In this document: piece by piece, positions 50,630 to 59,200 of the stretch
How the letters are laid out: each line of letters begins with the position of its first letter
How positions within the stretch are numbered: the stretch's first letter is position 1
DNA from: Lingula anatina
Lineage: Eukaryota; Animalia; Brachiopoda
Assembly (NCBI GenBank): GCA_051362555.1
Contig: CM120643.1
Span: 19,224,848-19,288,847 of the forward strand
Length of the DNA: 64,000 bases
Direction of reading: 5' to 3'
Notes under the pieces: generated by a model
What the model was told of the DNA's origin: nothing
What the model saw: only the letters and a program-made list of their open reading frames with translations
Databases searched by the model: none
Translations under genes and position numbers: made by a program

Positions 50630-53600
50630 GAATGGACTTTGACCAGTGTGCCCGTAAGAATGCTCAGGAATATTTCGGAGTGAGAGACCCTGACTTCTAC
50701 GAGTTTGAAAGTAAGCATGGCCGACGACATGGCCAAATTAATGCACCGAAACTGCATTAATTTGGCTTTGTTTTTTCTTAATCTTTTACCAAAAGTTATA
50801 GGGCTCAAATCCCTTCATTTATGTATGGAACATGAAGGTAGTTTAAGCTTGCTCAACATTATTTTTCAACCTAAATAAACAAGTTAGATTTAAGATAATT
50901 TCAATATGGCGTGTGATTTCTGTTTATAGCTCACATTCTGTTCGACGACTCCATGGAAATGAACGACAATGATGACACTGTGCCCAACGACTTCGTGCGC
51001 GCATTTATCGAGGTCATTGACCAAGCTGCCAGGTAAGCAGAGGGGATTCTGTAACTGCAACTGACACACCTATTTGGTGACGCATGCCTACCAAGTGACT
51101 TAAACGCCTTATCGTAGTACCATGGGTGTCACGTGGTGACTTGGTGTACTCACTGTTACATCACTATACACAGTGCAGTCGGTGAGCTGTCGACTGAGCT
51201 ACAGACCTAGCAAGGCGTAGGTCTGACTCTATATCATCTTTTCATCGTTTGCTTCGTCTTAAGATAAAATATGCCTTAAAACCCATTCAGAACAACAGTA
51301 ACAAACCGAATAATGTGTTTTTTCGGTCAATAAGATAGAAAACCGTCAATCCATATGTTGTTCTCTTCCAGCTCTGTGCACGAGTCCGTGATCAGTCTCC
51401 ACCCTCCAGAGAAGATGCCAACACCGTACGGCGGTAAACTGGTCTGGTCGCTGCCTGGAGGAACCAAGCTGAACGTCCACATGAAGGATAAGAACAGAAT
51501 CAGGCACAGGAAGAGATGGTCTCAGGTTAGGAAACTCCTCCACAAGTAAAATACATTAAGGCAAACTGTTCGGTGAAATGTCTGAAATATTAGTTTCTTT
51601 ATTTCCGTTTATGTATTTTGACAACATCATGGATTCCTCAGAGTGTGTGTTATTTTATCTACGAAAAAGTAGAAGTGGTTGGCCCATTAGTTGTCCCAAA
51701 TGGAGAAATCGCATTATAATTGGAAAAAAATTTGATTCAGAGTGGACTCTTTTTTAGTCTAACAGGGCGGTTCTCTCTACCGCAAGCCGTACCCCCCTGC
51801 CTACTAGCCCGTTCCTCGTTATCATGTTTATGTACTTTTTCAGGTGATGTACATGTACTACCTGTTGGGTTTCAACCTGATGGCCAAGCGTGAGCAGTAC
51901 TTGACCAGCCAGAAGGGAAAGAACAAGAAGAAGGGGAAACGCGGCACGTGGGAGAGTAAAGCTTTGAGACGCTCTCACAAGAACCAGCACTACACGAAGA
52001 CGGACATCTTTGACGACTACGACGAATCTCTTCACATTGCTGTAAGCAAAGCATTTAAGCGATAGTAGAATCTACCCATAAGAGAGGGTGCCCAGTTTTA
52101 ACATATGTGATTAGTGGCACCACCTGTTGGTGAGAGACGGTAACTAAAACTGTGCTCTATTTATGAGTGACTGTCACATTGTTTTTTTTTTTTTTTTTTT
52201 TTTTTTAACCTGAAAACGCATTTTGAGACGCTCGGTTAACTGAGATCAGCAGCATTGAGAATGAAAAATAATTATCAACACAAGTGACAAATACATTCAT
52301 TATCGAAGACATATTCAACAGAACACACTGTTTTTTGTATTCAGGCCGAGAACACGTTCTTGCTGACCCTGGACGGAGACGTGGACTTCAAATCGGACGC
52401 TGTCCGCTTACTGATGGACAGACTGAAGAAGAACAAGAAGGTCGGAGCGGCTTGCGGACGTATTCATCCTGTCGGACAAGGTGTGTGCACGAGCTGAATC
52501 AAATAACTTTCAACTTACACTGTTTTCATTTAAATAACGACCTCTCATCAATCAAAATATTAAACCAAGGACTTGTTTAAGTATCTACTAATTTCCTTTG
52601 AGTCATAAACAAATGGTCAGTAGCAATAATCATTTATGGCACTAGAATCAAATCAGCGAAGTTAATCTCTGTTCGTGTTTTTTCTCCCCCAGGCCCCATA
52701 GTGTGGTTCCAGCAGTTCGAGTATGCCATTGGTCATTGGCTTCAGAAGGCTGCAGAACACATCTACGGCTGCGTCCTCTGTGCTCCCGGATGTTTCAGTC
52801 TGTTCCGTGGTTCCGCCATCATGGACGACAATGTGATGAGACAGTACGCCACGCGGGCCTCGGAGGCTCAGCATTTCGTGCAGTTTGATCAGGGTAAGTC
52901 TCCCTCTAGCACTGGGGACCGGTGTGGCAGGAATGGTAGCGTCAGAAATTCAAGCGCTGGGTACCAAAGACTTAGTGCAGGTTAGGGTTATCCAAAAATA
53001 TCAGGGTCAGTGTATGGGGCAAATATCAACTGTAAAAAAAATGGAAATAGACTACCATACGTAGCGAACTGCCTTTCCTGTGACACCGGAGTGACGGGAT
53101 ATTTGGCCTGAGATGTATGTTTCAAATAGGAGGTTGAGCCTTTTTTTAAGATATGCATTATGATTTTATTTCAAAGAATAAATGTTCAACTCATAATTAC
53201 AACGTGCATTATGATCTTATTAATAAAGCAAAACAAGTAAGGAAAGAGGGAAAAAGTGAATAACGAACCCTAAATTCATGAATATTAATACTGTTTATAT
53301 CATAATTCCAGGTGAAGATCGTTGGCTGTGTACGTTACTCCTACAGCAAGGATACCGTATCGAGTATTGTGCCGCCGCCGACGCCTTAACCCATTGCCCT
53401 GAAACCTTCAACGAGTTCTTCCAGCAAAGAAAACGGTGGGCTCCCTCAACAATGGCCAACATCGTGGATCTGCTGCAGGATTACAAGAACACCGTCATAG
53501 TCAACGATAACATCAGCCACCTGTACATGTTGTACCAGTTCTTCTTGCTGGTGTCCACTGTCCTTGGTCCAGCCACTGTTATGATGACCATCGCTGGTGC

Positions 53601-55485
53601 CTTCAACGCTGTACTCAAGACGAACCTGTGGCAGTCCTACGCTCTTTCTCTCGGTCCGCCGTTCTTCTTTATCCTAATTTGCCTGTTCACGCGCACCAAG
53701 ACCCAGCTAGCGGTAGCTAGTATCCTTAGTGCGTTGTATAGTGTCATCATGATGGTTGTCATTGTCGGTACCATAATTAACGGTGTACAGGAGTCGTTCA
53801 CGTCGCCCAGCGTAGTTTTCATAACACTGTTGGCGGCGTTCTTCTTGCTCGCAGCGTTCTTCCATCCGCAGGAGTTTGCGTGCATCATCCCGGGTCCCCT
53901 GTACTTCCTGTGTATTCCCGCCGGCTACCTCGTGCTCACGATTTACGGCCTGTGCAACCTGAACAACATCTCGTGGGGAACACGTGAGGTGCTAAGTAAG
54001 CGTCGCCAGAAAATCGCGGACGAAGAACGGAAGAAGAGAGAAGAGGAAGAGAAGCAGAAGAAGAAAAAGAACTCGGGTCTTTTCGCCTGGCTGGGACTGA
54101 CTCAGATCATGGAGGACGTCAAAGACTTCTATCTGCAGATGATAGGAAGCACAAGGCAAAGCGGTCAACCAGCCCAGCAGACCCAGATGGAAAAACTTCT
54201 CATAAAACTTAACCAGACACTGGAGAAGCTCCCGGAGAGAATGCGCAAAGAACAGGACCGTAAAGCTGGGCTGCCGACTTTTGACAGCGACACCGACCCC
54301 TTGGACGACATGTACGATCCCGACCCACACCTTCCACTGGAGCGCATGCTCTCTAAGAAAAAAGGAGCAGGGGTCACGGACGCCATTAGTATCCAGATTC
54401 CAGAGAGTCACCATCTCAATCATCTCAGTCCACACAGCCAGAAACACGACCATCTGAGTCCATCCAGCGAACACGAACACGAGGTTATCAAAGACGCTAT
54501 GGAGGACACGTGTTGGATGTATGACCCCGCCTTTGGAGATGGACCCATTTCGAACATCACGTCCAAAGAAGTCCAGTTCTGGCGGCAGTTCATCAAGAAA
54601 TACCTCTTCCCCATCAATGCTGATAAAGAACACGAGAAGAAACTGGCTTTGGATTTGAAATCACTGCGTGATAACGTCGTCTTTGCTTTCTTCATGCTGA
54701 ACTTCTTGTGGATCATCATCATCTTCCAGTTGCAGGTGCTCCAAGAGGAGCTCAAGGACGTGATTTATATCCAACTGCCTAGAGCTGATGGCGGAGTGGA
54801 GAAGTTTGAGCCCCTGGGTCTTGCCTTCTTGGCTCTCTTCGCCTTGATCTTGATTCTCCAGTTTGTTGCTATGATCGTTCATCGATGGGGAACCTTGCTA
54901 CATCTGATCGCCATCACGGAGGTGAGAGTGTTTGGCACGGGGAGGGACAGCTACACCACAGACGTCCAAGAAGCTATACGGATTAGTAAAGAGCTTCAGA
55001 AAATCAAGGGCATCAAACACGAGGCGGTGCCAGACGAGACGGTTGATAATGATACCATATACGAGTCTCTCGCCACCATGAACACGGACAGGACGGCAGA
55101 TACCAATGCGACACGGGAGATCCCCAACCAGTTACAGGAGAATCTACGCATGCGCCTGACGCAGCTTAAGAAGCATGAAATTTCCAACGCATTGGGAGGA
55201 CGCCGTCCCACAAGGATGCACCCACTAGGTGGCGACACGTTGAAGAAAGCTTTCATGACGCGCTTAACCAAGCTTCAAAGAGATTTGCATTTGAATGAGA
55301 GAGACGTTGCTCCTAATACACATGTTATTAATATAGGCCATGATTATGGTCCAGTATATCTTAACAAAAATGGTGGCGGTGCAGGAGAAAAGGAAGAGGG
55401 AAATGAATTATTCCGTACTCTGAGGAGAGAAATTGCAGACAGACGCAGGCGACGTCCTGTCCACGACGTTTGGGATAAAAATTAA
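26855..55485 (+). CDS. CHS: Myosin motor-domain chitin synthase (GT2 chitin synthase fused to an N-terminal myosin head); 30 coding exons, about 2727 aa
   Basis: Phase-consistent GT-AG exon chain totalling 8184 nt. Myosin: [20 protein letters not shown]-loop GESGSGKT (31839-31862), switch [16 protein letters not shown], switch [38 protein letters not shown] motif [12 protein letters not shown]. Chitin synthase: [12 protein letters not shown] (50367-50390), [37 protein letters not shown] (53425-53439), SWGTR (53971-53985), many TM helices. Exon 1 is the least certain part. Confidence 0.93.
27669..28123 (+). CDS. CHS: CHS exon 2 (acidic Pro-rich extension and start of myosin head)
   Basis: CAG acceptor, GTAAGT donor; ends [28 protein letters not shown]. 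Confidence 0.88.
31200..31265 (+). CDS. CHS: CHS exon 3 ([14 protein letters not shown])
   Basis: CAG/GTAGGA, phase 0/0. Confidence 0.92.
31570..31655. repeat. 31-bp minisatellite, about 3 copies, in CHS intron 3
   Basis: CACCTAACACACTGT... at 31570, 31601 and 31632. Confidence 0.8.
31716..31955 (+). CDS. CHS: CHS exon 4 (PHIF, P-loop GESGSGKT)
   Basis: CAG/GTGGGT, phase 0/0. Confidence 0.94.
32233..32347 (+). CDS. CHS: CHS exon 5 ([10 protein letters not shown], switch [10 protein letters not shown])
   Basis: CAG/GTAAAT, phase 0/1. Confidence 0.94.
32509..32656 (+). CDS. CHS: CHS exon 6 (LLEKSR, RNFHIFY)
   Basis: CAG/GTAATA, phase 1/2. Confidence 0.93.
32800..32917 (+). CDS. CHS: CHS exon 7 (myosin head)
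   Basis: CAG/GTAGGT, phase 2/0. Confidence 0.88.
33544..33661 (+). CDS. CHS: CHS exon 8 ([12 protein letters not shown])
   Basis: CAG/GTAAAT, phase 0/1. Confidence 0.9.
33962..34033 (+). CDS. CHS: CHS exon 9 (AADLLGV)
   Basis: CAG/GTATTC, phase 1/1. Confidence 0.9.
34263..34483. mobile_element. PIF/Harbinger-like MITE in CHS intron 9
   Basis: About 65-bp imperfect TIRs (GTTCACATGAAAAA...CGCGGTATCTTG-GATCAC and its complement); TAA on both flanks. Confidence 0.75.
34637..34775 (+). CDS. CHS: CHS exon 10 ([17 protein letters not shown])
   Basis: CAG/GTGAGG, phase 1/2. Confidence 0.93.
35067..35292 (+). CDS. CHS: CHS exon 11 (switch II DISGFE, relay helix)
   Basis: CAG/GTAAGT, phase 2/0. 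Confidence 0.94.
38596..38760 (+). CDS. CHS: CHS exon 12 ([16 protein letters not shown])
   Basis: AAG acceptor, GTAAGT donor, phase 0/0. Confidence 0.9.
39043..39185 (+). CDS. CHS: CHS exon 13 (FMEKNRD)
   Basis: TAG/GTATGT, phase 0/2. Confidence 0.92.
39524..39716 (+). CDS. CHS: CHS exon 14 (extended loop 2, TVAAQFK)
   Basis: CAG/GTAATC, phase 2/0. Confidence 0.9.
40158..40213 (+). CDS. CHS: CHS exon 15 (SLGELM...PWFVR)
   Basis: TAG/GTACAC, phase 0/2. Confidence 0.9.
40515..40664 (+). CDS. CHS: CHS exon 16 ([24 protein letters not shown])
   Basis: CAG/GTAAGT, phase 2/2. Confidence 0.93.
41057..41168 (+). CDS. CHS: CHS exon 17 (converter, GKSK)
   Basis: CAG/GTAAGA, phase 2/0. Confidence 0.9.
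41185..41723. repeat. 37-41-bp minisatellite, about 13 copies, at the start of CHS intron 17
   Basis: Unit TCTTAGACATGTAGATAGTTACAGCTA(GAC)TACTGTTATACT; first copies at 41221, 41258, 41295. Confidence 0.9.
43962..44087 (+). CDS. CHS: CHS exon 18 (VFMK, IQ motif)
   Basis: TAG/GTAAGG, phase 0/0. Confidence 0.92.
45643..46235 (+). CDS. CHS: CHS exon 19 (ER/K helix and Ser-rich linker)
   Basis: CAG/GTAAGT, phase 0/2; 593-nt open frame. Confidence 0.87.
47112..47331 (+). CDS. CHS: CHS exon 20 (WDVF, first TM helix)
   Basis: CAG/GTAAGT, phase 2/0. Confidence 0.9.
47614..47760 (+). CDS. CHS: CHS exon 21 (TM helix)
   Basis: TAG/GTAAGT, phase 0/0. Confidence 0.88.
48484..49601 (+). CDS. CHS: CHS exon 22 (N-terminal TM domain, [17 protein letters not shown])
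   Basis: CAG/GTATTT, phase 0/2. Confidence 0.93.
50135..50428 (+). CDS. CHS: CHS exon 23 (CATMWHET)
   Basis: CAG/GTACTA, phase 2/2. Confidence 0.94.
50587..50628 (+). repeat. (TAT)14 microsatellite abutting the splice acceptor of CHS exon 24
   Basis: Directly visible; followed immediately by AG at 50629-50630. Confidence 0.95.
50631..50710 (+). CDS. CHS: CHS exon 24 (MDFDQCAR...DPDFYEFE)
   Basis: TAG/GTAAGC, phase 2/1. Confidence 0.92.
50930..51032 (+). CDS. CHS: CHS exon 25 (HILFDD)
   Basis: TAG/GTAAGC, phase 1/2. Confidence 0.92.
51372..51525 (+). CDS. CHS: CHS exon 26 ([13 protein letters not shown])
   Basis: CAG/GTTAGG, phase 2/0. Confidence 0.94.
51844..52041 (+). CDS. CHS: CHS exon 27 (VMYMYYLLG)
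   Basis: CAG/GTAAGC, phase 0/0. Confidence 0.92.
52345..52480 (+). CDS. CHS: CHS exon 28 ([15 protein letters not shown])
   Basis: CAG/GTGTGT, phase 0/1. Confidence 0.93.
52693..52893 (+). CDS. CHS: CHS exon 29 ([18 protein letters not shown])
   Basis: CAG/GTAAGT, phase 1/1. Confidence 0.94.
53312..55485 (+). CDS. CHS: CHS exon 30 (GEDRW, QRKRW, SWGTR, C-terminal TM domain, stop TAA)
   Basis: CAG acceptor at 53309-53311; matches the 735-aa ORF frame. Confidence 0.95.
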
Positions 55486-56052
55486 TTTTGTGAACACATT
55501 CTTTTCTAACCATTAGGTAAAAATCTTTTTTGAAAAACTTTTGGGAACAATTTATCATTGCCAATGCAGGACAATGTCAATTAAATCTGCAATAATTTAC
55601 AAAACTAACTTTGTGTGAATTTTGAGGTCCTATAAATGTAGCTGGTTTTGCCATGCTTCTGCTTTCAGTGAATCTGCATGTGCCAAGGTCTGTGAACTAA
55701 ACAAACATTAGGATGCATTTTTACTTTATTTACGCTCGGGAATTCGGGAATTATTTATAATAAGCCGAAGGGAAAGATGTAGCTACATTTGTAGGGCTTC
55801 ATTAAATTGTGTGCTTGATATTTATGTGAATTGTATTATAGCGTTAAGTGTGAAAGGAACAGTTAGGAGTGGAGGAAATAGAATCTCAGAAAAAAAGCAA
55901 TGTTAACGGATGTATGAGTAGGGATCCCGATTAGGAGCGACATGTCTCTGTCAAAGAGTCCCAATCCCCATTGTCATGAGGTATTCCAGAAACTTGAGGG
56001 AGGGAACCTGTCTCAACCAAATGACGACGACGGGGTAACTTATTAAAAAAGA

Positions 56053-56111
56053 AATAAAAAGTCTAGTTACTCAGCTTTGTGATGTTAAGGGTGACGGCTG
56101 TTTCAAATAAA
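56053..56111 (+). terminator. Candidate polyadenylation signals for CHS
   Basis: AATAAA at 56053 and 56106, about 570-620 nt after the stop; motif only. Confidence 0.35.
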
Positions 56112-56238
56112 GAGCAGTTAATTTTTATGATATCGTGTTTACTTTTTTCTTCCTATTAACAAATATTTTAAAGGATGGCGCTGAGAAAGGAGTTGGAGAG
56201 AACTCAGACTTTTGTCTTTTGCTGATATTTTTTATATC

Positions 56239-56280
56239 AACGTACTGCAAAAATTCTTAAAAGAATTTTTGCAGTACGTT
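56239..56280. repeat. Perfect palindrome, 20-bp arms with 2-nt spacer
   Basis: AACGTACTGCAAAAATTCTT-AA-AAGAATTTTTGCAGTACGTT. Confidence 0.95.
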
Positions 56281-59200
56281 AAAAAAGAACATTTACAAAC
56301 TGAAACTCGTGGTTGCCGTTAAAATCCTCGGTTTTAAAAGTGCAACGTCTTAGATGTCATTATATTGGAGTGTCATTTTAAACGTTTTTAAGTCGACTCT
56401 TTCAAGATACGTGATTGTAGCGAGAGTAAATTCCCTGCATCGTATATAAAATATTACAACTAGTCCCTAACACAAGCTAAGTAACCCCCTCCCGCCCCAT
56501 GCCAAAAAAAACCAACCGAAATAAATTTCTTGGACAGCAAAAAAAAAAGGCTTTGAAACCTCAAATTTCTGGTCGTAAATTTGACCTACTATTTTCCCCT
56601 CCAACAGTTAGGCACAGAATAGATGCATAAACAGAAAGTGTCTTTGTATATATGCATTTTTCACGAAATAATGTAACAAAACTCTATAATATTTCTTTAA
56701 GTGATACTTTTTGAAGCAAAAGGGTGGCATTTAATTTAAAGACGCTGATTTGGCAAAAGTTATTGTTAAATATGGGTCTTTAAGACATTAAAATTTTTTT
56801 TTCTAAGATGACATTTTTCCAGTAAATGCGACAGCGCCGGTTACGGACACACCTGTAGCACGTGTCATTGTCGCAATGCACTCAATGCAAGCAATCGCAT
56901 AGCCATATTTTCCTTTTCGTGCTGTATTATCTGCAATTCCTCCTTATAAGCACCTTGTTATTTAAATGGACAATAGACTTAAAATACGGAGATTATCGCT
57001 CTATAGGTTATTAATTAAAAGAGACAGGAGGGTTGGCGGGTGGGTAAGGTATAGATCAATACCAATGGACTTACTGAACTGCAAAAAGATTAAGAACATT
57101 CGTAGTATGCGTCTAACATAATGAGGCGCAGAAATCGTCAAATCAATTGGATCAATATTCTACCTGTAGCGCACAGGTTAGATAAATAATTATGCAGTGT
57201 TGTAAGACTTATAAAATAACCGTAATATTACGCGACTGGCTGCTCGAGAGCAAGTCAACGCCGAAAAATTTATAAACTTTCCTTGCACACGGAAATCCAT
57301 TGTAAAGAATGCGACAAAATTAGCCTTAATTTGAAATGCTCACACACTGAACCATTCAACTTATTTAAGTTTCCCGTTAACTAAATAGACCTTTCGTGAC
57401 CTGCGCCTGTTTACGTTTTGAGTGACGACCCTCAACACTGCGTCTTCGCTCCCGTTCACCATACAGCTCTACGAGTCAACTTACGCCAAAGGTAAACATT
57501 TAAGTCAACTGTTTCACAAGTAACCCCTCATTTGAAAACACCGTCCATTGTGTGGGAGAGAAGGCATAAAGCCCGTATACATGGCTCCATTGCTACGCTC
57601 TGCTGAAGCGGGCGCGGTTTGAAAGAAATAGGTAAAATTTCCCACACTACAGATTAATCAAGATGGCGGCGGAGGGGGAAAAACAGAGGGTGGTGTCAAC
57701 TTTAGAGTCACAGGAAGGCTTTTTTTACCGATAATAGCCAGCACGCAAGAGGACATTAAAAACGCTGATAAGTTCCAACCTAACAATCAGGTAAGAGACG
57801 TAATGTGTGTCTTGAGGTGTAAAGTTATGCTTTTGAAGGGTGATAACTTCTAAGATAACGAAATCTTCCCGTACTGAGACTGGCACTTCGTGTGTCTACT
57901 CACGACAGCAACCGATATAAGAGAAAGAGGGGTCGGGACAGGGCGGGGCTACCAAGACGACCCCTGGGTGGCAGTATGGGGTAGGGTTTTCAATGAAATG
58001 TTCCTATTATTTCTTTATTATTCTTGTCAATCTGCTAAGTATAAGGTATCATCAAGAGTGAAGAGACGTACAATGTACATGTATGCCTTTACCTGTACGT
58101 AACTGCGTTGTATTAGGTTTTTGGTGCCCTTATCCCAGATTTTTCGTGTTTATCGTGGGTCTTGTAAATGCCCTTAGATACTTCACTCAATACCATTGAA
58201 TTCTTTAAAGAATAGCTCAACAGGGAAGTAACGGAATATATATATATGTATGGGATATATGTCAGGGAGGCGTGTGAGCTGCATTTTTAGTTTCCAACAT
58301 TTTTGTTTTCAAAATGTCTGCTCGTTGCTCCATCTTTAATGGTATTGACAAGGGACAGTGTACACGTATATTGAACCGAATATAATGTTGTATAGAAAAT
58401 CAGTTCCTATTCAGGCTTGTTGCTACATGTAACAACTTTAAATGGGGGCGGGGAAATTTTGTGAAAAAGGAGGCCTTTTTATCTGAAAACTTACATATGC
58501 CTCAGTACTGGCACAGCACCTAGATCAGTTTTTGATTCAGGGCGGATCCATCAAGATCAAATTGGCGATGTGTTCCACCCCAAGCCTTCTCCTCCCTGAC
58601 AGGGCCTGACAATGTCACTGACAGTCAGTTGACGTTAAGTGTCACTTGGTTGACGTTATTTTTCGTCAGTTGGCACACTGTGCGGTGTGTTCTCCTTCCA
58701 GACCCATGATGCGATGTAATACAGTAAAAACATTATAACAGCACTGAACATTCGGTAAGAGGCCAATTGGATCATGGTTTTTTTCTTTCTCTTTTTTCTT
58801 TATTTTTTTAAACAGATTAAGCCAGAGAAATATCTGTGAAAAGGCCTATCTAAAGAAAGAAATACACTCTTTGATCATGATAAAAGGTAACAGCACAGAG
58901 GGGATGGTATGTAGTGGTTATGGTATATGGTGGTTATGGGGCCCTCTTTCCTACTGGTATTTACTAGATTTTTTAATGAGGACTATCACCATCACTGCAT
59001 GAAAACATATTAGCTTACTTTATCTCTCTGTCTGTCTGTATTTCTGCTGTTAATGTATTTACGGTAAACTTATTCACGGAATACACTCATAAAGGTCAGC
59101 CGATACTTTTTTTCAAATGGAATGATAATAAGCCCTTCATTGTTATCATAACTATAGTTTTTATCACAAAAAGCCAGGTATAAAGTGGCATATCTTTTAT

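Noticed and set aside
53637-55271. Several antisense ORFs up to 213 aa
   Set aside because: Shadows of CHS exon 30.
57660-57672. YY1 motif AAGATGGCGGC suggesting another promoter
   Set aside because: No downstream exons identified; the motif is also common in repeat elements.
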